Below are positions 1 to 7,924 of a DNA stretch of 58,220 nucleotides, one piece after another. The DNA comes from a virus (lineage: Duplodnaviria; Caudoviricetes), in IMG/VR virus record IMGVR_UViG_3300043486_000004, positions 1 to 58,220 of that record; one strand, given 5' to 3'. How positions within the stretch are numbered: the first letter of the stretch is position 1; the number at the start of each line of letters is the position of its first letter. Under the pieces are notes generated by a model, which did not search any database, had not been told where the DNA came from, and saw only the letters and a list, made by a program, of their open reading frames with translations. A program made the translations under genes and the position numbers.

Positions 1-82
1 CGCCGTCGCCCAGCTTCACGCCGTCGCCCAGCTTCACTGTAACTTGGCTCCCATCCGGATTTGTGTGCTTGATTGTTTTCAT
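1..82 (-). CDS. Hexapeptide-repeat protein, 5' part (runs off the window start)
   Basis: Reverse strand reads MKTIKHTNPDGSQVTVKLGDGVKLGDG and is preceded by CCACC-ATG. Nearly identical to the gene at the window end. Confidence 0.8.
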   Translation of the reverse strand, partial: MKTIKHTNPDGSQVTVKLGDGVKLGDG

Positions 83-106
83 GGTGGTTTCTGTGGTGGA
101 ATCGTT

Positions 107-346
107 CTAGGCTGCGAAGTGTACCATTGTTTGTGTGGTGGTGCGTTGGATTTCTGCGATTTCGCAAGCGACGGCTTCCAAGGTGTTTGCCAGACTGTGG
201 CTGCCTCGCGCTCTGTACACCGTGGCAAGGGTGAGTAGCTCGCGAGGGGTTTTCCCCTGGGCAGCGTATGCGGCTACTAGGGATTGGAAGCGTACCGTGT
301 TTTTTTCTGTGGTGGTGTTCATGGTGGTGGTGGTGGTGGTGTCCAT
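107..346 (-). CDS. Hypothetical early protein (poly-Thr N-terminus; alternative start at 322)
   Basis: MDTTTTTTMNTTTEKN...VHFAA, with AAACAAACACC-ATG upstream. Confidence 0.65.
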   Translation of the reverse strand: MDTTTTTTMNTTTEKNTVRFQSLVAAYAAQGKTPRELLTLATVYRARGSHSLANTLEAVACEIAEIQRTTTQTMVHFAA

Positions 347-360
347 GGTGTTTGTTTCTC

Positions 361-453
361 TCAGAGGCCCAGCGAGCGGACCACACAGCACAAGGGAACG
401 AGGAAGAGGCCCAGGATCGTAGCAAGGATGGCGAGTTTTGCGAGGGTTTTCAT
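361..453 (-). CDS. 30-aa hydrophobic (membrane) peptide
   Basis: MKTLAKLAILATILGLFLVPLCCVVRSLGL*, preceded by AAACAAAGCCACC-ATG like its neighbours. Below the ORF-track cutoff. Confidence 0.6.
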   Translation of the reverse strand: MKTLAKLAILATILGLFLVPLCCVVRSLGL

Positions 454-748
454 GGTGGCTTTGTTTGTGGTGGCTTGATGCTTTGTTTCTTGTGTTCCGT
501 ACCTACCACAGGTATCGACTGTCTGAGCCGGAACCCTAGAGGTATCCTTAGGATTTGTTTGCGTGATAGGCTTTCACCGATGTAAACCCATACACCGTAG
601 GTGGTTCGGATTGTAAATATGTTTGCGTGCTAGAACTAAAAGTGGGTATAACAGATGTAGTAGGCGCTGGAAGGCTTTAGCGGAGGGTAAACCCATGGTC
701 CTGTGGTGTTTTTATGGTGGACATTTTACAAGAAGTTTATAATGTTGT

Positions 749-1048
749 AACATGCCCATACGTAACAAAACCCTAACAAGTTGTAAGTGGGCTAGGGACA
801 TAGGGTTACAACTTTTTACAAAGCGCCCATAGGGGTACTAACTTCCCGTACGCCTTTCTTGTGCTGTGGCTTTAGCAGCATATCAACATGTAGCATTTAC
901 ATAGTGGTAAAGGCACAGCACAAGGGACTGGGGTCGAAAACTTATATGGGTATGGGCATGTTTGTGCTTTATTCTATAACTCCCCATGGTGTAAGGAGTT
1001 ACGGCAGATTTGGACTATGGGCGGAGGAAGGCAAAGTATGGGCATGTT
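749..1048. repeat. 13-mer AACATGCCCATAC x3
   Basis: Forward at 749-761; reverse complement at 950-962 and 1036-1048. Confidence 0.85.
858..924. repeat. 20-bp inverted repeat (18/20)
   Basis: CTTGTGCTGTGGCTTTAGCA (858-877) against the reverse complement of 905-924. CACAGCACAAGGGA occurs at both 384-397 and 914-927. Confidence 0.8.
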
Positions 1049-1692
1049 TACATCCATAAACCTCAGCAAACAATGTAAGTCTTTACTGAGGCCCATCTTA
1101 TGATTATCCTATTGTTTGTATAACAATTCTGTCATGTAAGGTATCTTTGACATTTGACATAAACCCCTGTTTTTAGGGGGTATGCCTATGTACAAAGGCC
1201 TCTTTTCAGGGGGTTTAGGTATATGTGGCAGCAAGTACCCCTCCCCTGCCCATGTCACCATAGCGTATATGGCGCATGTACCCCCATACATGAGGGGTAT
1301 AGCTATGTACTAAGGCAGGCGCATAGGTTAGAGCTAGCTGCCTATGGGTTATCCCTACAGAAACCCCTCTACGTCAAAGGTTTACGTAAGCACCAATTGC
1401 CCTATCTTGAATTGCGCGGAGAAAAAATCGGGGTATGAAGTTTTCGTGCCATGAACTACTGCCAAGCCACTCCCGGCGAGGACTTTGCCCAACAACAAGT
1501 GACACATGAACCATGCCATATCGTTTCCTCAGCAAAAACCAAGACAGGCCAAAATCCGATTCAGAGGTTTATGTCTCAGAAAATATAGGCGCACTAAAAA
1601 CACAATCCCGATGCTTTGCGCAGCAAACTACTCTTGACTTACAAAAGAAAAGGCTTGACGCCTTTCCCAGAGTCGAATACCCACGATGGTGG

Positions 1693-2820
1693 ATGGACGA
1701 CGAAGACGATTACCAGCGCGCCTGGCCCCCAAGGCCCAAGGCACAAACACAGCGCCCAGGCAGAGCGGAAGATGTTGTGCCTGAGACGGACGAGGAGGGC
1801 AGGGCAGAGCTGCGCTCGGGCGATCTGGAGCGCTACCTGGCGAGCTGCGCGCCGCGACGCCTACTCGGTGCGGAGCTGCGCCAGAGGATTGGTGAACTAT
1901 TCGCGGAAGCGCGCCCGGAGTGGCCGCAAGACGAGAACCAGAGCTACCGAGTGGTGGTGTGCTGGCGCATTGCGCGCATCATGGCCCGAGTTTGTGGAAT
2001 CTGCGCGGAAGACGAAGGACTTGATGACACCACAAACCTGGTGCCGGAACCGTGGCTGGATGGCCTGCGGCCCACACTGAATCCCCTGACGCAGACACTT
2101 ATTCGCCGGCAAAGCTCGGTCAGCCTGCTGAATGTGTACGGCTTGATCGACACGAGACACCAAGGCATTGGCGTGCCGCTAATCCCCACGGGGGACCTCG
2201 AGCGTGCAGAGCGTTGGGTCGCGGCGACCGAGATTATTGTTCGCGACACAGGGATGGATCACCACGAGGCCGGCGTGCGCGGACTGCAAGGGATGCTAGA
2301 TCCGCGCACCGCTGTGCATGCGGCCGTGACACGGAAACAAATCGTGGAACTCGAGGACCTCATGGTAGATGAGGCACAAAGATTCATCATCGACTCGGGC
2401 GAGCGGCCGGCGATGCACTACTTCCGCTTGCGACACGGCTTCACCCGGAACGAGGCCGTGGGCTTGATGCGACTTGCACGCGCGGAAGCGCTGCGCATGG
2501 GAGGCTCGAGCGTCGATGAGAACAGAGCCATCATGGTGAGCCAGCTCAAGGACTTTGTGACACGGGCGAAGGGCGCGATGTCGCTTGGCGAAGAGCTGCG
2601 CGCACTGAAGGAACTCGCGAAGGTGCAAGGTCTAACGCAGGCGGAACCTGAGGACGTGGCGCGTGACTTCCTGAATGTAATCAGTCGCGTCGTCACCAGG
2701 CAGGAGCGCGTCCAAATTCAGGCTGCCGCGCCCAAGATCTTCGACATCAAGAAGGAACCGATCGACGAAGAGACCGAGGACACGGAGGCGATCGACGCCT
2801 TTGATCGCGAAAATTTGTGA
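1693..2820 (+). CDS. Hypothetical protein, possible terminase small subunit-like C-terminus
   Basis: Long ORF (track start 1513; ATG 1693 preferred where GC-rich coding begins). C-terminal ELRALKELAKVQGL helix resembles TerS-type motifs. First gene of the block containing TerL. Confidence 0.55.
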   Translation: MDDEDDYQRAWPPRPKAQTQRPGRAEDVVPETDEEGRAELRSGDLERYLASCAPRRLLGAELRQRIGELFAEARPEWPQDENQSYRVVVCWRIARIMARVCGICAEDEGLDDTTNLVPEPWLDGLRPTLNPLTQTLIRRQSSVSLLNVYGLIDTRHQGIGVPLIPTGDLERAERWVAATEIIVRDTGMDHHEAGVRGLQGMLDPRTAVHAAVTRKQIVELEDLMVDEAQRFIIDSGERPAMHYFRLRHGFTRNEAVGLMRLARAEALRMGGSSVDENRAIMVSQLKDFVTRAKGAMSLGEELRALKELAKVQGLTQAEPEDVARDFLNVISRVVTRQERVQIQAAAPKIFDIKKEPIDEETEDTEAIDAFDRENL

Positions 2821-2824
2821 CCCC

Positions 2825-3061
2825 ATGGCAAAAGTACACACTGACTGGGAAAGCCTGCGAAACGAGATCGAAGCGTGGCTCGAGCCCCAGATGGTCAACC
2901 GTGCTACGGCCCATTTGGTAGCCAACGACTTGACGGTTCGGATTCGAGGGCTCAGATTGCCTGTGCCCCCAAGCAAATGGATACCAGAGAACCTACTCCC
3001 GTTGGTCAACGCCATGGCCGCAGGCGCAGCGATGGGAATACTCTCTGGCCGGGCCGGCTGA
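2825..3061 (+). CDS. Hypothetical protein
   Basis: MAKVHTDWESLRNEIEAW..., starting 4 nt after the upstream stop. Confidence 0.65.
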   Translation: MAKVHTDWESLRNEIEAWLEPQMVNRATAHLVANDLTVRIRGLRLPVPPSKWIPENLLPLVNAMAAGAAMGILSGRAG

Positions 3062-3111
3062 AGCCGTTGCCGCAGCCGCACGGTCCGTGTGAACCCAACC
3101 CAAACAAACAA

Positions 3112-3540
3112 ATGAAAACAATTGCCCTGATCTTCGCTGCTGTCACTCTGGCCGTAGTCGCCTGCACCGTCGCGTTGTCAAGCTGCATCGCGCCGAAGTA
3201 CAAGCCCAGCGTGCTGTTTCCTGCTGCTGCCCTGACCTGGCCCGCAGTGGAGGAAGACTTCGATCGAGGCATCGCGGATGGCATCTCGGATGGGGTCTTG
3301 ACCCAACAAGCGGCCGTAGCATTCAAGGCCGAAGCTGACAAGCTCGAGAACGGCTTGAACACCAAGAACCTGCCAGAGGTCCAGCTTGTGGCCTGGGGTA
3401 ACCTGAAGCCCTGGGCAGATCGCGGCATCGATGACAAGCTCGCAGACGGTGAGGTCGGCCCTGGTGTGGCGGCCTCGCTGCGAGAGCAGCTCACGAACTT
3501 CACTGAAACAATTGCCCAACTACAGGCTGTGTACCAATGA
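3112..3540 (+). CDS. Putative lipoprotein
   Basis: MKTIALIFAAVTLAVVACTVALSSC: signal peptide with lipobox-like Cys. AAACAAACAA-ATG start. Confidence 0.7.
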   Translation: MKTIALIFAAVTLAVVACTVALSSCIAPKYKPSVLFPAAALTWPAVEEDFDRGIADGISDGVLTQQAAVAFKAEADKLENGLNTKNLPEVQLVAWGNLKPWADRGIDDKLADGEVGPGVAASLREQLTNFTETIAQLQAVYQ

Positions 3541-3821
3541 ATCAAACAGACACGATCGAACAGGTACTGAAGGACGCGCTCAAGGAAACGGGCGCGTCGC
3601 TGAGTATCAGCACCAAAGAACTCGCGACCTACATGCACGCCCGCGCTGTGCATCTGGCGAGCATCGCCGCTGAGCCTGGCTACGACCAAGCGCTGCGGGC
3701 CGAGAGAAACAATGTCGCGCTGAAGGCCGGCATCATCGCCTCTGGCCAGCTCAGCTCGATCGACTCGCGCATCCTCGGATTGATCCAAGGCATCCTTGCG
3801 CTTGCTGCGGCGGCCATCTAG
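3537..3821 (+). CDS. Hypothetical protein with hydrophobic C-terminus (paralog of 49715-50041)
   Basis: ATGA overlap with the upstream gene; ends ILGLIQGILALAAAAI. Confidence 0.75.
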   Translation: MNQTDTIEQVLKDALKETGASLSISTKELATYMHARAVHLASIAAEPGYDQALRAERNNVALKAGIIASGQLSSIDSRILGLIQGILALAAAAI

Positions 3822-3825
3822 TGCG

Positions 3826-4212
3826 ATGGCCACGCGCCCCAGGAAACGGACTATCCAGTCAAGGGCTGGGTACGCCGTGAATCAGATCAGCGAGAACTCG
3901 AGCGTTCGACTCGGGCTTGGCTTGCTCATCCTTGGGGGCGCGTGGATGATCTGGGAAAAAATGGACGCGATCCAGAAGACTAGCAACGAAAAAGTCGATG
4001 CCGTTGCGAAGTCCCAAAGTGAAGAATTGAAGGCGATGGCCAAAATTCAGGCTGAAAACATGGATCAAAATTACGTCCGCAAAGACTTGTTCCTGTCCGA
4101 GATGTCCTCCCTAAAACGAGAAATGGAGCTGCAATTTGCCCCGATCCGCCAGCGACTTACGGAAGTAGGTACGTCGCTGGATGCTGCCCAGAAGGCAGCC
4201 AGCGACAAGTGA
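3826..4212 (+). CDS. Membrane-anchored coiled-coil protein (possible lysis accessory)
   Basis: TM segment LGLGLLILGGAWMIW followed by a helical, charged region. Confidence 0.6.
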   Translation: MATRPRKRTIQSRAGYAVNQISENSSVRLGLGLLILGGAWMIWEKMDAIQKTSNEKVDAVAKSQSEELKAMAKIQAENMDQNYVRKDLFLSEMSSLKREMELQFAPIRQRLTEVGTSLDAAQKAASDK

Positions 4213-4215
4213 GTA

Positions 4216-4485
4216 ATGCGGGGTAAATTCGCCGTGATTGTTTCAGTGCTGACCTTGGCACTGCTGGGACTGACCATCTTCAAAGCAACAAGCATCGAGA
4301 ACACCATCAAGACCTACATGGAAAACTCAGACAAAGAACCGATGACCGCTTCCTACAAGTCGAAGGGAGTGACCGTCACTGCCACGGTGATCCGTGGCGA
4401 GAACGAAACCGAAGACCAAGCCGCCGAACGCCTGGCGGCCAAGATCGCGGCCCTGAAGAAGGTGTTCCCGCCCGATCCTGTCTGA
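4216..4485 (+). CDS. N-terminally anchored small membrane protein
   Basis: MRGKFAVIVSVLTLALLGLTIF. Confidence 0.65.
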   Translation: MRGKFAVIVSVLTLALLGLTIFKATSIENTIKTYMENSDKEPMTASYKSKGVTVTATVIRGENETEDQAAERLAAKIAALKKVFPPDPV

Positions 4486-4709
4486 TGGTCAAGAAAAAAC
4501 TGGAGTCGAAGACTCTGCGGACTTTTTACGGGGTGCTGATCCTCTCCATCATTACCGAATTCATCCCTTTGTTTCAGGGCTACTTCCCCCATGCCAATCG
4601 CTTTTGTTTTGGTCTCGCACTCGCAGGCGTGATCTTGCGGCACTTGACCAAAGAACCTGTGGAGCCGCCTGTGAAGCGGCCGTTCCAGCTCATCCGACGA
4701 CTCCGATAA
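4485..4709 (+). CDS. Holin-like 2-TM protein
   Basis: 74 aa, basic N-terminus (KKKLESKT), two hydrophobic segments, LRHLTKEPV C-terminal motif. Confidence 0.55.
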   Translation: MVKKKLESKTLRTFYGVLILSIITEFIPLFQGYFPHANRFCFGLALAGVILRHLTKEPVEPPVKRPFQLIRRLR

Positions 4710-5236
4710 TGCGCCAAGCCGGTGCGACCTTGGACCTCAAAACGCCGATGGACCTTGCCGATGCCCTGCATCTGCATCCCACGCCGCTCCAGAAGAGGGT
4801 CTTCACGGATCTGTACCGTGCGCGCATGTTCGTGTCTGAGATGGACGATAACCAGGAGCTGACCAAGGCCCTGGCGTTTTGTTTGCTGTGGCAGATCTTG
4901 TCCGTGGAGGGGTCCAAGGGCACGATTCTGGCCTCGAGCTACAAGGAAGGGCACGCAACGATGCGCTGGATTCAGGGCATCGCCATGCGAACAAATCCTA
5001 AGTTGGCCGACATTTCGAACGTCAGCCGGCGAAACACGCTGGAATTTGGCGCAGCCTCGGGCTGGAACATCAAATTCATCGACAACGATGCAGTCAAAGC
5101 ACGGCGGCGCGGCAAACACAGCCGCGCCGCTCTGATCCTTGGCGAGAGAAGCTCTGAGATCACCTTTGTAGAGGCGCTGACAGCCCTCACTGGTGCAATG
5201 GACCGTCAGAGCACACGACTTTTGCGTCTGTGGTGA
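4709..5236 (+). CDS. Degenerate paralog of the terminase ATPase domain
   Basis: Collinear by eye with the N-terminal domain of the adjacent TerL (PTPLQ, LLWQIL, WNIK, GKH, ILGERSS, TALTGAM), but Walker A and B are lost. Confidence 0.65.
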   Translation: MRQAGATLDLKTPMDLADALHLHPTPLQKRVFTDLYRARMFVSEMDDNQELTKALAFCLLWQILSVEGSKGTILASSYKEGHATMRWIQGIAMRTNPKLADISNVSRRNTLEFGAASGWNIKFIDNDAVKARRRGKHSRAALILGERSSEITFVEALTALTGAMDRQSTRLLRLW

Positions 5237-5242
5237 ACGCAG

Positions 5243-6703
5243 ATGTCAAGATTCGCCAGAACATTCGAACCCCTCTACGAGCGTTGGCGCAAGGACATCA
5301 AGCTCTTTGCCATTGAAGCGCTCAACTTCGACTATACCTGGCAGCAAGAACAGCTTTTTGATGCAGTGCAGTGGGAAGCGGACGCGCCCATGCACCTTCG
5401 CAAGAAGCGGATCGCTGTAGCATCGGGTCAAGGCCCAGGAAAAACGGCCGCAAGCAACGTAGTGGCCTTGTGGCGCTGTCTGCGCTTCCCCGATGCGCTC
5501 TGCATCGTCACTTCACCGTCGATGCGCCAGTGCAAACAGTGGATTGATGAAACAAAACGCTTGATGAAGAACGCGCACAAGATTCTGCGCCGTTTTATTC
5601 AAGTGTTCGACACCATGGTCCGCATCAATGGCGTCAAGATCTGGGGAATTCGCACTGCGACGGCCACGCGACCGGAAAATTTGCAAGGAATCCACGAGCA
5701 GCGCCTGACTTTCATTGCGGACGAGGCTTCTGGCGTCGCTCGCAAGATCATGGAGACCATCAAGGGCACGCTTTCAAACCCGGATGCGTTGTTTTTGTGC
5801 ATCGGCAACCCAAACACGACAGATTGCGAGTTCTACGATTGTTTCACTCAGTTTCGCGATCAGTGGCATTGCATGCGCTGGAATGCGGAGCACACAGCTC
5901 GAGATTATCCGCACATCGTAAGTCCCAGTCGCAACGCTGACCTCGCGAAAGAGTATGGGATCGACTCTGACGTGTACAAGATCCGCGTGAAGGGTGAGTT
6001 CCCGTCGCAGGACCCGAACAATGTCATGGGGATCGACGATTTGGTCTACTGCACGCGCACAAGCGTCCGTGGCTGTGCGTCGAACACAGAGATCATGGAG
6101 GTTCACAAGGCCTTCGGGATCGACTTCGCGCGTTTCGGCTCAGACTCGAGCGTCGTGGCGCGGCGCGTCGGCCTTGCGATCGTAGGCTTCAAGAGCTTCA
6201 ACAAGAAAGAGCCCATCGAAGTGGTGGACTACGCTTTCAAGGAACAATACGACCACAACTGGAAAAATGAAGACTGCTGGTTTGTTCCTGATACTGTTGG
6301 CATGGGGCAAGGCGTTGCGCACTCGTTCTGGGACGCCGGCAAGAACGTGTACGAGTTCCAAGCCCATGGTCGTGCCTACGACAGCGAAATGTTTGCGAAC
6401 CAAATCACCGAGGCGTGGTTTTTCACCCGCAGCCTGGTGCGTGAGCACATTTGCCATCTTCCCAATCGCCCGCGCTTGCTGAAACAATTGAGCACGCGGC
6501 AATACTACACGGACAAGAAGGGCAAGCTCGTAGTCGAGACCAAGGACGAGTGGAAGGACCGTCTCGAGACTGACGAATCGCCCGACGAAGCCGATGCCGT
6601 GGTGCAGGCGTTCTATCCTCACCTTGGGGAAGGTGCTAAGGTCTTGGCCGCCAACCGACACAAGTACGCGGTCGGTAGCAAGATCCGCAGGAGGGCGGGA
6701 TGA
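5243..6703 (+). CDS. terL: Terminase large subunit
   Basis: Walker A SGQGPGKT, Walker B IADEASG, GNP motif, RVKGEF, nuclease GIDFARFGSD and SPDEADA. Confidence 0.95.
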   Translation: MSRFARTFEPLYERWRKDIKLFAIEALNFDYTWQQEQLFDAVQWEADAPMHLRKKRIAVASGQGPGKTAASNVVALWRCLRFPDALCIVTSPSMRQCKQWIDETKRLMKNAHKILRRFIQVFDTMVRINGVKIWGIRTATATRPENLQGIHEQRLTFIADEASGVARKIMETIKGTLSNPDALFLCIGNPNTTDCEFYDCFTQFRDQWHCMRWNAEHTARDYPHIVSPSRNADLAKEYGIDSDVYKIRVKGEFPSQDPNNVMGIDDLVYCTRTSVRGCASNTEIMEVHKAFGIDFARFGSDSSVVARRVGLAIVGFKSFNKKEPIEVVDYAFKEQYDHNWKNEDCWFVPDTVGMGQGVAHSFWDAGKNVYEFQAHGRAYDSEMFANQITEAWFFTRSLVREHICHLPNRPRLLKQLSTRQYYTDKKGKLVVETKDEWKDRLETDESPDEADAVVQAFYPHLGEGAKVLAANRHKYAVGSKIRRRAG

Positions 6704-6948
6704 TCTGCACCAAGCCCGGATGTCAAGGGAAAATCAAAATTACCCACACCTACGTACACGGACGTGGGAAGTACCAGCGCGGCGTCTGTCTGGCCTGTGC
6801 TCGCGTCTACTGCCTGACGACGGCGATGGAGGAGGTCACCAGGCGCAGCCAGGGGGCTCGCGCCAAGGCACGCGGGGCGGCAATCAACGGCAAGGCCCTG
6901 CCGGCCGCAGGAGCGCGCCCTAGCGACGGGGGCGGGCCGCTCGTTTGA
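6700..6948 (+). CDS. Small Zn-ribbon protein (possible transcription regulator)
   Basis: CTKPGC...CLAC; ATGA overlap with terL. Confidence 0.6.
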   Translation: MICTKPGCQGKIKITHTYVHGRGKYQRGVCLACARVYCLTTAMEEVTRRSQGARAKARGAAINGKALPAAGARPSDGGGPLV

Positions 6949-7363
6949 CCGTATGGACCCCCGGACGCTGCGGGGGTTCCTGGCGCTTCCTAGGAGGCCG
7001 GGCCAGGCTGCCTTGTTCGGCTCTCTCGTCTTCGACCCCCTGAAGATGCCCACGGGCGCGGGCGGCCTCTTCGGCTTTGCCCTGGGTGTCCTGAGTGATT
7101 TTCTGGGATGCCACGCCTTGGAGGTACCCACGAGCGCGGTTGTCCTCCCCCACCTTGGCGACCGTTCCCTGTTCGGCTTTCTCGTCTGCGGCTCCCTGAA
7201 GGACACCTTGAGCACGGGCCGCAGCTTCCGCCCTCTCAGCGAGCGAATTAGTGGCCTGGTGGACGATCTCGACCTTTTTGTTTGTTCGAATAGAGACCCA
7301 CGCTGCGGCAATTGAGCCCACGAGCGTCGCAATCGACATGATCGTATCGGATGTTTGACTCAT
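6920..7363 (-). CDS. Membrane-anchored protein with internal repeat
   Basis: TM segment IMSIATLVGSIAAAWVSI, then KKVEIVHQATNS and three (A)RAxG(V/Y/H)LQG repeats. Confidence 0.65.
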   Translation of the reverse strand: MSQTSDTIMSIATLVGSIAAAWVSIRTNKKVEIVHQATNSLAERAEAAARAQGVLQGAADEKAEQGTVAKVGEDNRARGYLQGVASQKITQDTQGKAEEAARARGHLQGVEDERAEQGSLARPPRKRQEPPQRPGVHTVKRAARPRR

Positions 7364-7384
7364 GCTCGAAGCCTACGCTCCAAA

Positions 7385-7501
7385 CAGACCGGCAGCCAGC
7401 GACACTTAGGATGAACGCTGGCTGCCGGCTCGTTTAGGCTGCGAGGCGCAGCGGAGTTTTGGCGTTTGAAGGCCTGGCCCCTTGGTCAACGATTTTGCTC
7501 G
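7385..7501 (-). ncRNA. Candidate ~115-nt small RNA with a tmRNA-tag-like reading frame
   Basis: Lies between a sigma70-like promoter and a terminator hairpin; contains a start-less frame AKTPLRLAA* at 7463-7434. Confidence 0.35.
7389..7428 (-). terminator. 13-bp perfect hairpin, probable terminator
   Basis: CCGGCAGCCAGCG/CGCTGGCTGCCGG, followed on the minus strand by UCUGUUU. Confidence 0.65.
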
Positions 7502-7507
7502 CGTGCG

Positions 7508-7535
7508 ATCGTAGCTGACCTCTGCGGGTCGTCAA
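7508..7535 (-). promoter_or_regulatory. Sigma70-like promoter
   Basis: TTGACG-N16-TACGAT on the minus strand. Confidence 0.55.
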
Positions 7536-7539
7536 GAGA

Positions 7540-7614
7540 GCGGGGGCCACTCGAAGAGGCAATTTCGAGCGACCCCCGCAGGCAGACGACTAGGGGGTCC
7601 CCACCCCAGTCATC
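7540..7614 (-). terminator. Tandem hairpins at the end of the morphogenesis operon
   Basis: Hairpins at 7585-7614 and 7540-7579; the latter is followed by UCUCUU on the minus strand. Confidence 0.55.
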
Positions 7615-7619
7615 CGATG

Positions 7620-7910
7620 CTATTTCGGCTTCGGCTTGAGTTTCAAATCCGCAGCGCTGACCGTGCCAACGTCGCTGGGTCGGATCACTTCGGTTGTGCG
7701 CTCGGGGCCAGGCTGCACGATTTCGTCCGGCGACGGATTACGCTTGGAAATCGTCAGCTCCATGAAGTCCCCTTCGGAGAATTGTTTCAAAGCATTGCCT
7801 CTCACGATCACTTGCACGTCTTGACCGTCGAGTTTTTCGTCGATCCTGTTCGTGAGGGTGATCTTGTCCGAGGTCTTGTTCAACAAACGCATTTTGACTT
7901 GGAACGACAT
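7620..7910 (-). CDS. Hypothetical protein
   Basis: MSFQVKMRLLNK..., AAACAAA-ATG start. Confidence 0.7.
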   Translation of the reverse strand: MSFQVKMRLLNKTSDKITLTNRIDEKLDGQDVQVIVRGNALKQFSEGDFMELTISKRNPSPDEIVQPGPERTTEVIRPSDVGTVSAADLKLKPKPK

Positions 7911-7924
7911 TTTGTTTCCTTGAG

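Larger units (their letters stand above)
454..1690. other. AT-rich non-coding region between divergent gene blocks; candidate genome terminus/packaging/origin region
   Basis: Visibly lower GC, no convincing ORF, several direct and inverted repeats. Confidence 0.6.

Noticed and set aside
1-68. DGR template/variable repeat pair formed by the two window ends
   Set aside because: Mismatches are not confined to adenines and no reverse transcriptase was recognised.
82-453. Eukaryotic virus or synthetic construct suggested by GCCACCATG
   Set aside because: Overlapping operonic genes, sigma70-like promoters and tailed-phage hallmark genes indicate a bacteriophage.
1513-1692. N-terminal extension of the first rightward gene from ATG 1513
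   Set aside because: AT-rich, atypical codons continuous with the non-coding region; ATG 1693 preferred but not proven.
7364-7619. Complete tmRNA or tRNA gene
   Set aside because: No T-arm or acceptor stem/CCA that pairs with a GGGG 5' end; only the tag-like frame is present.
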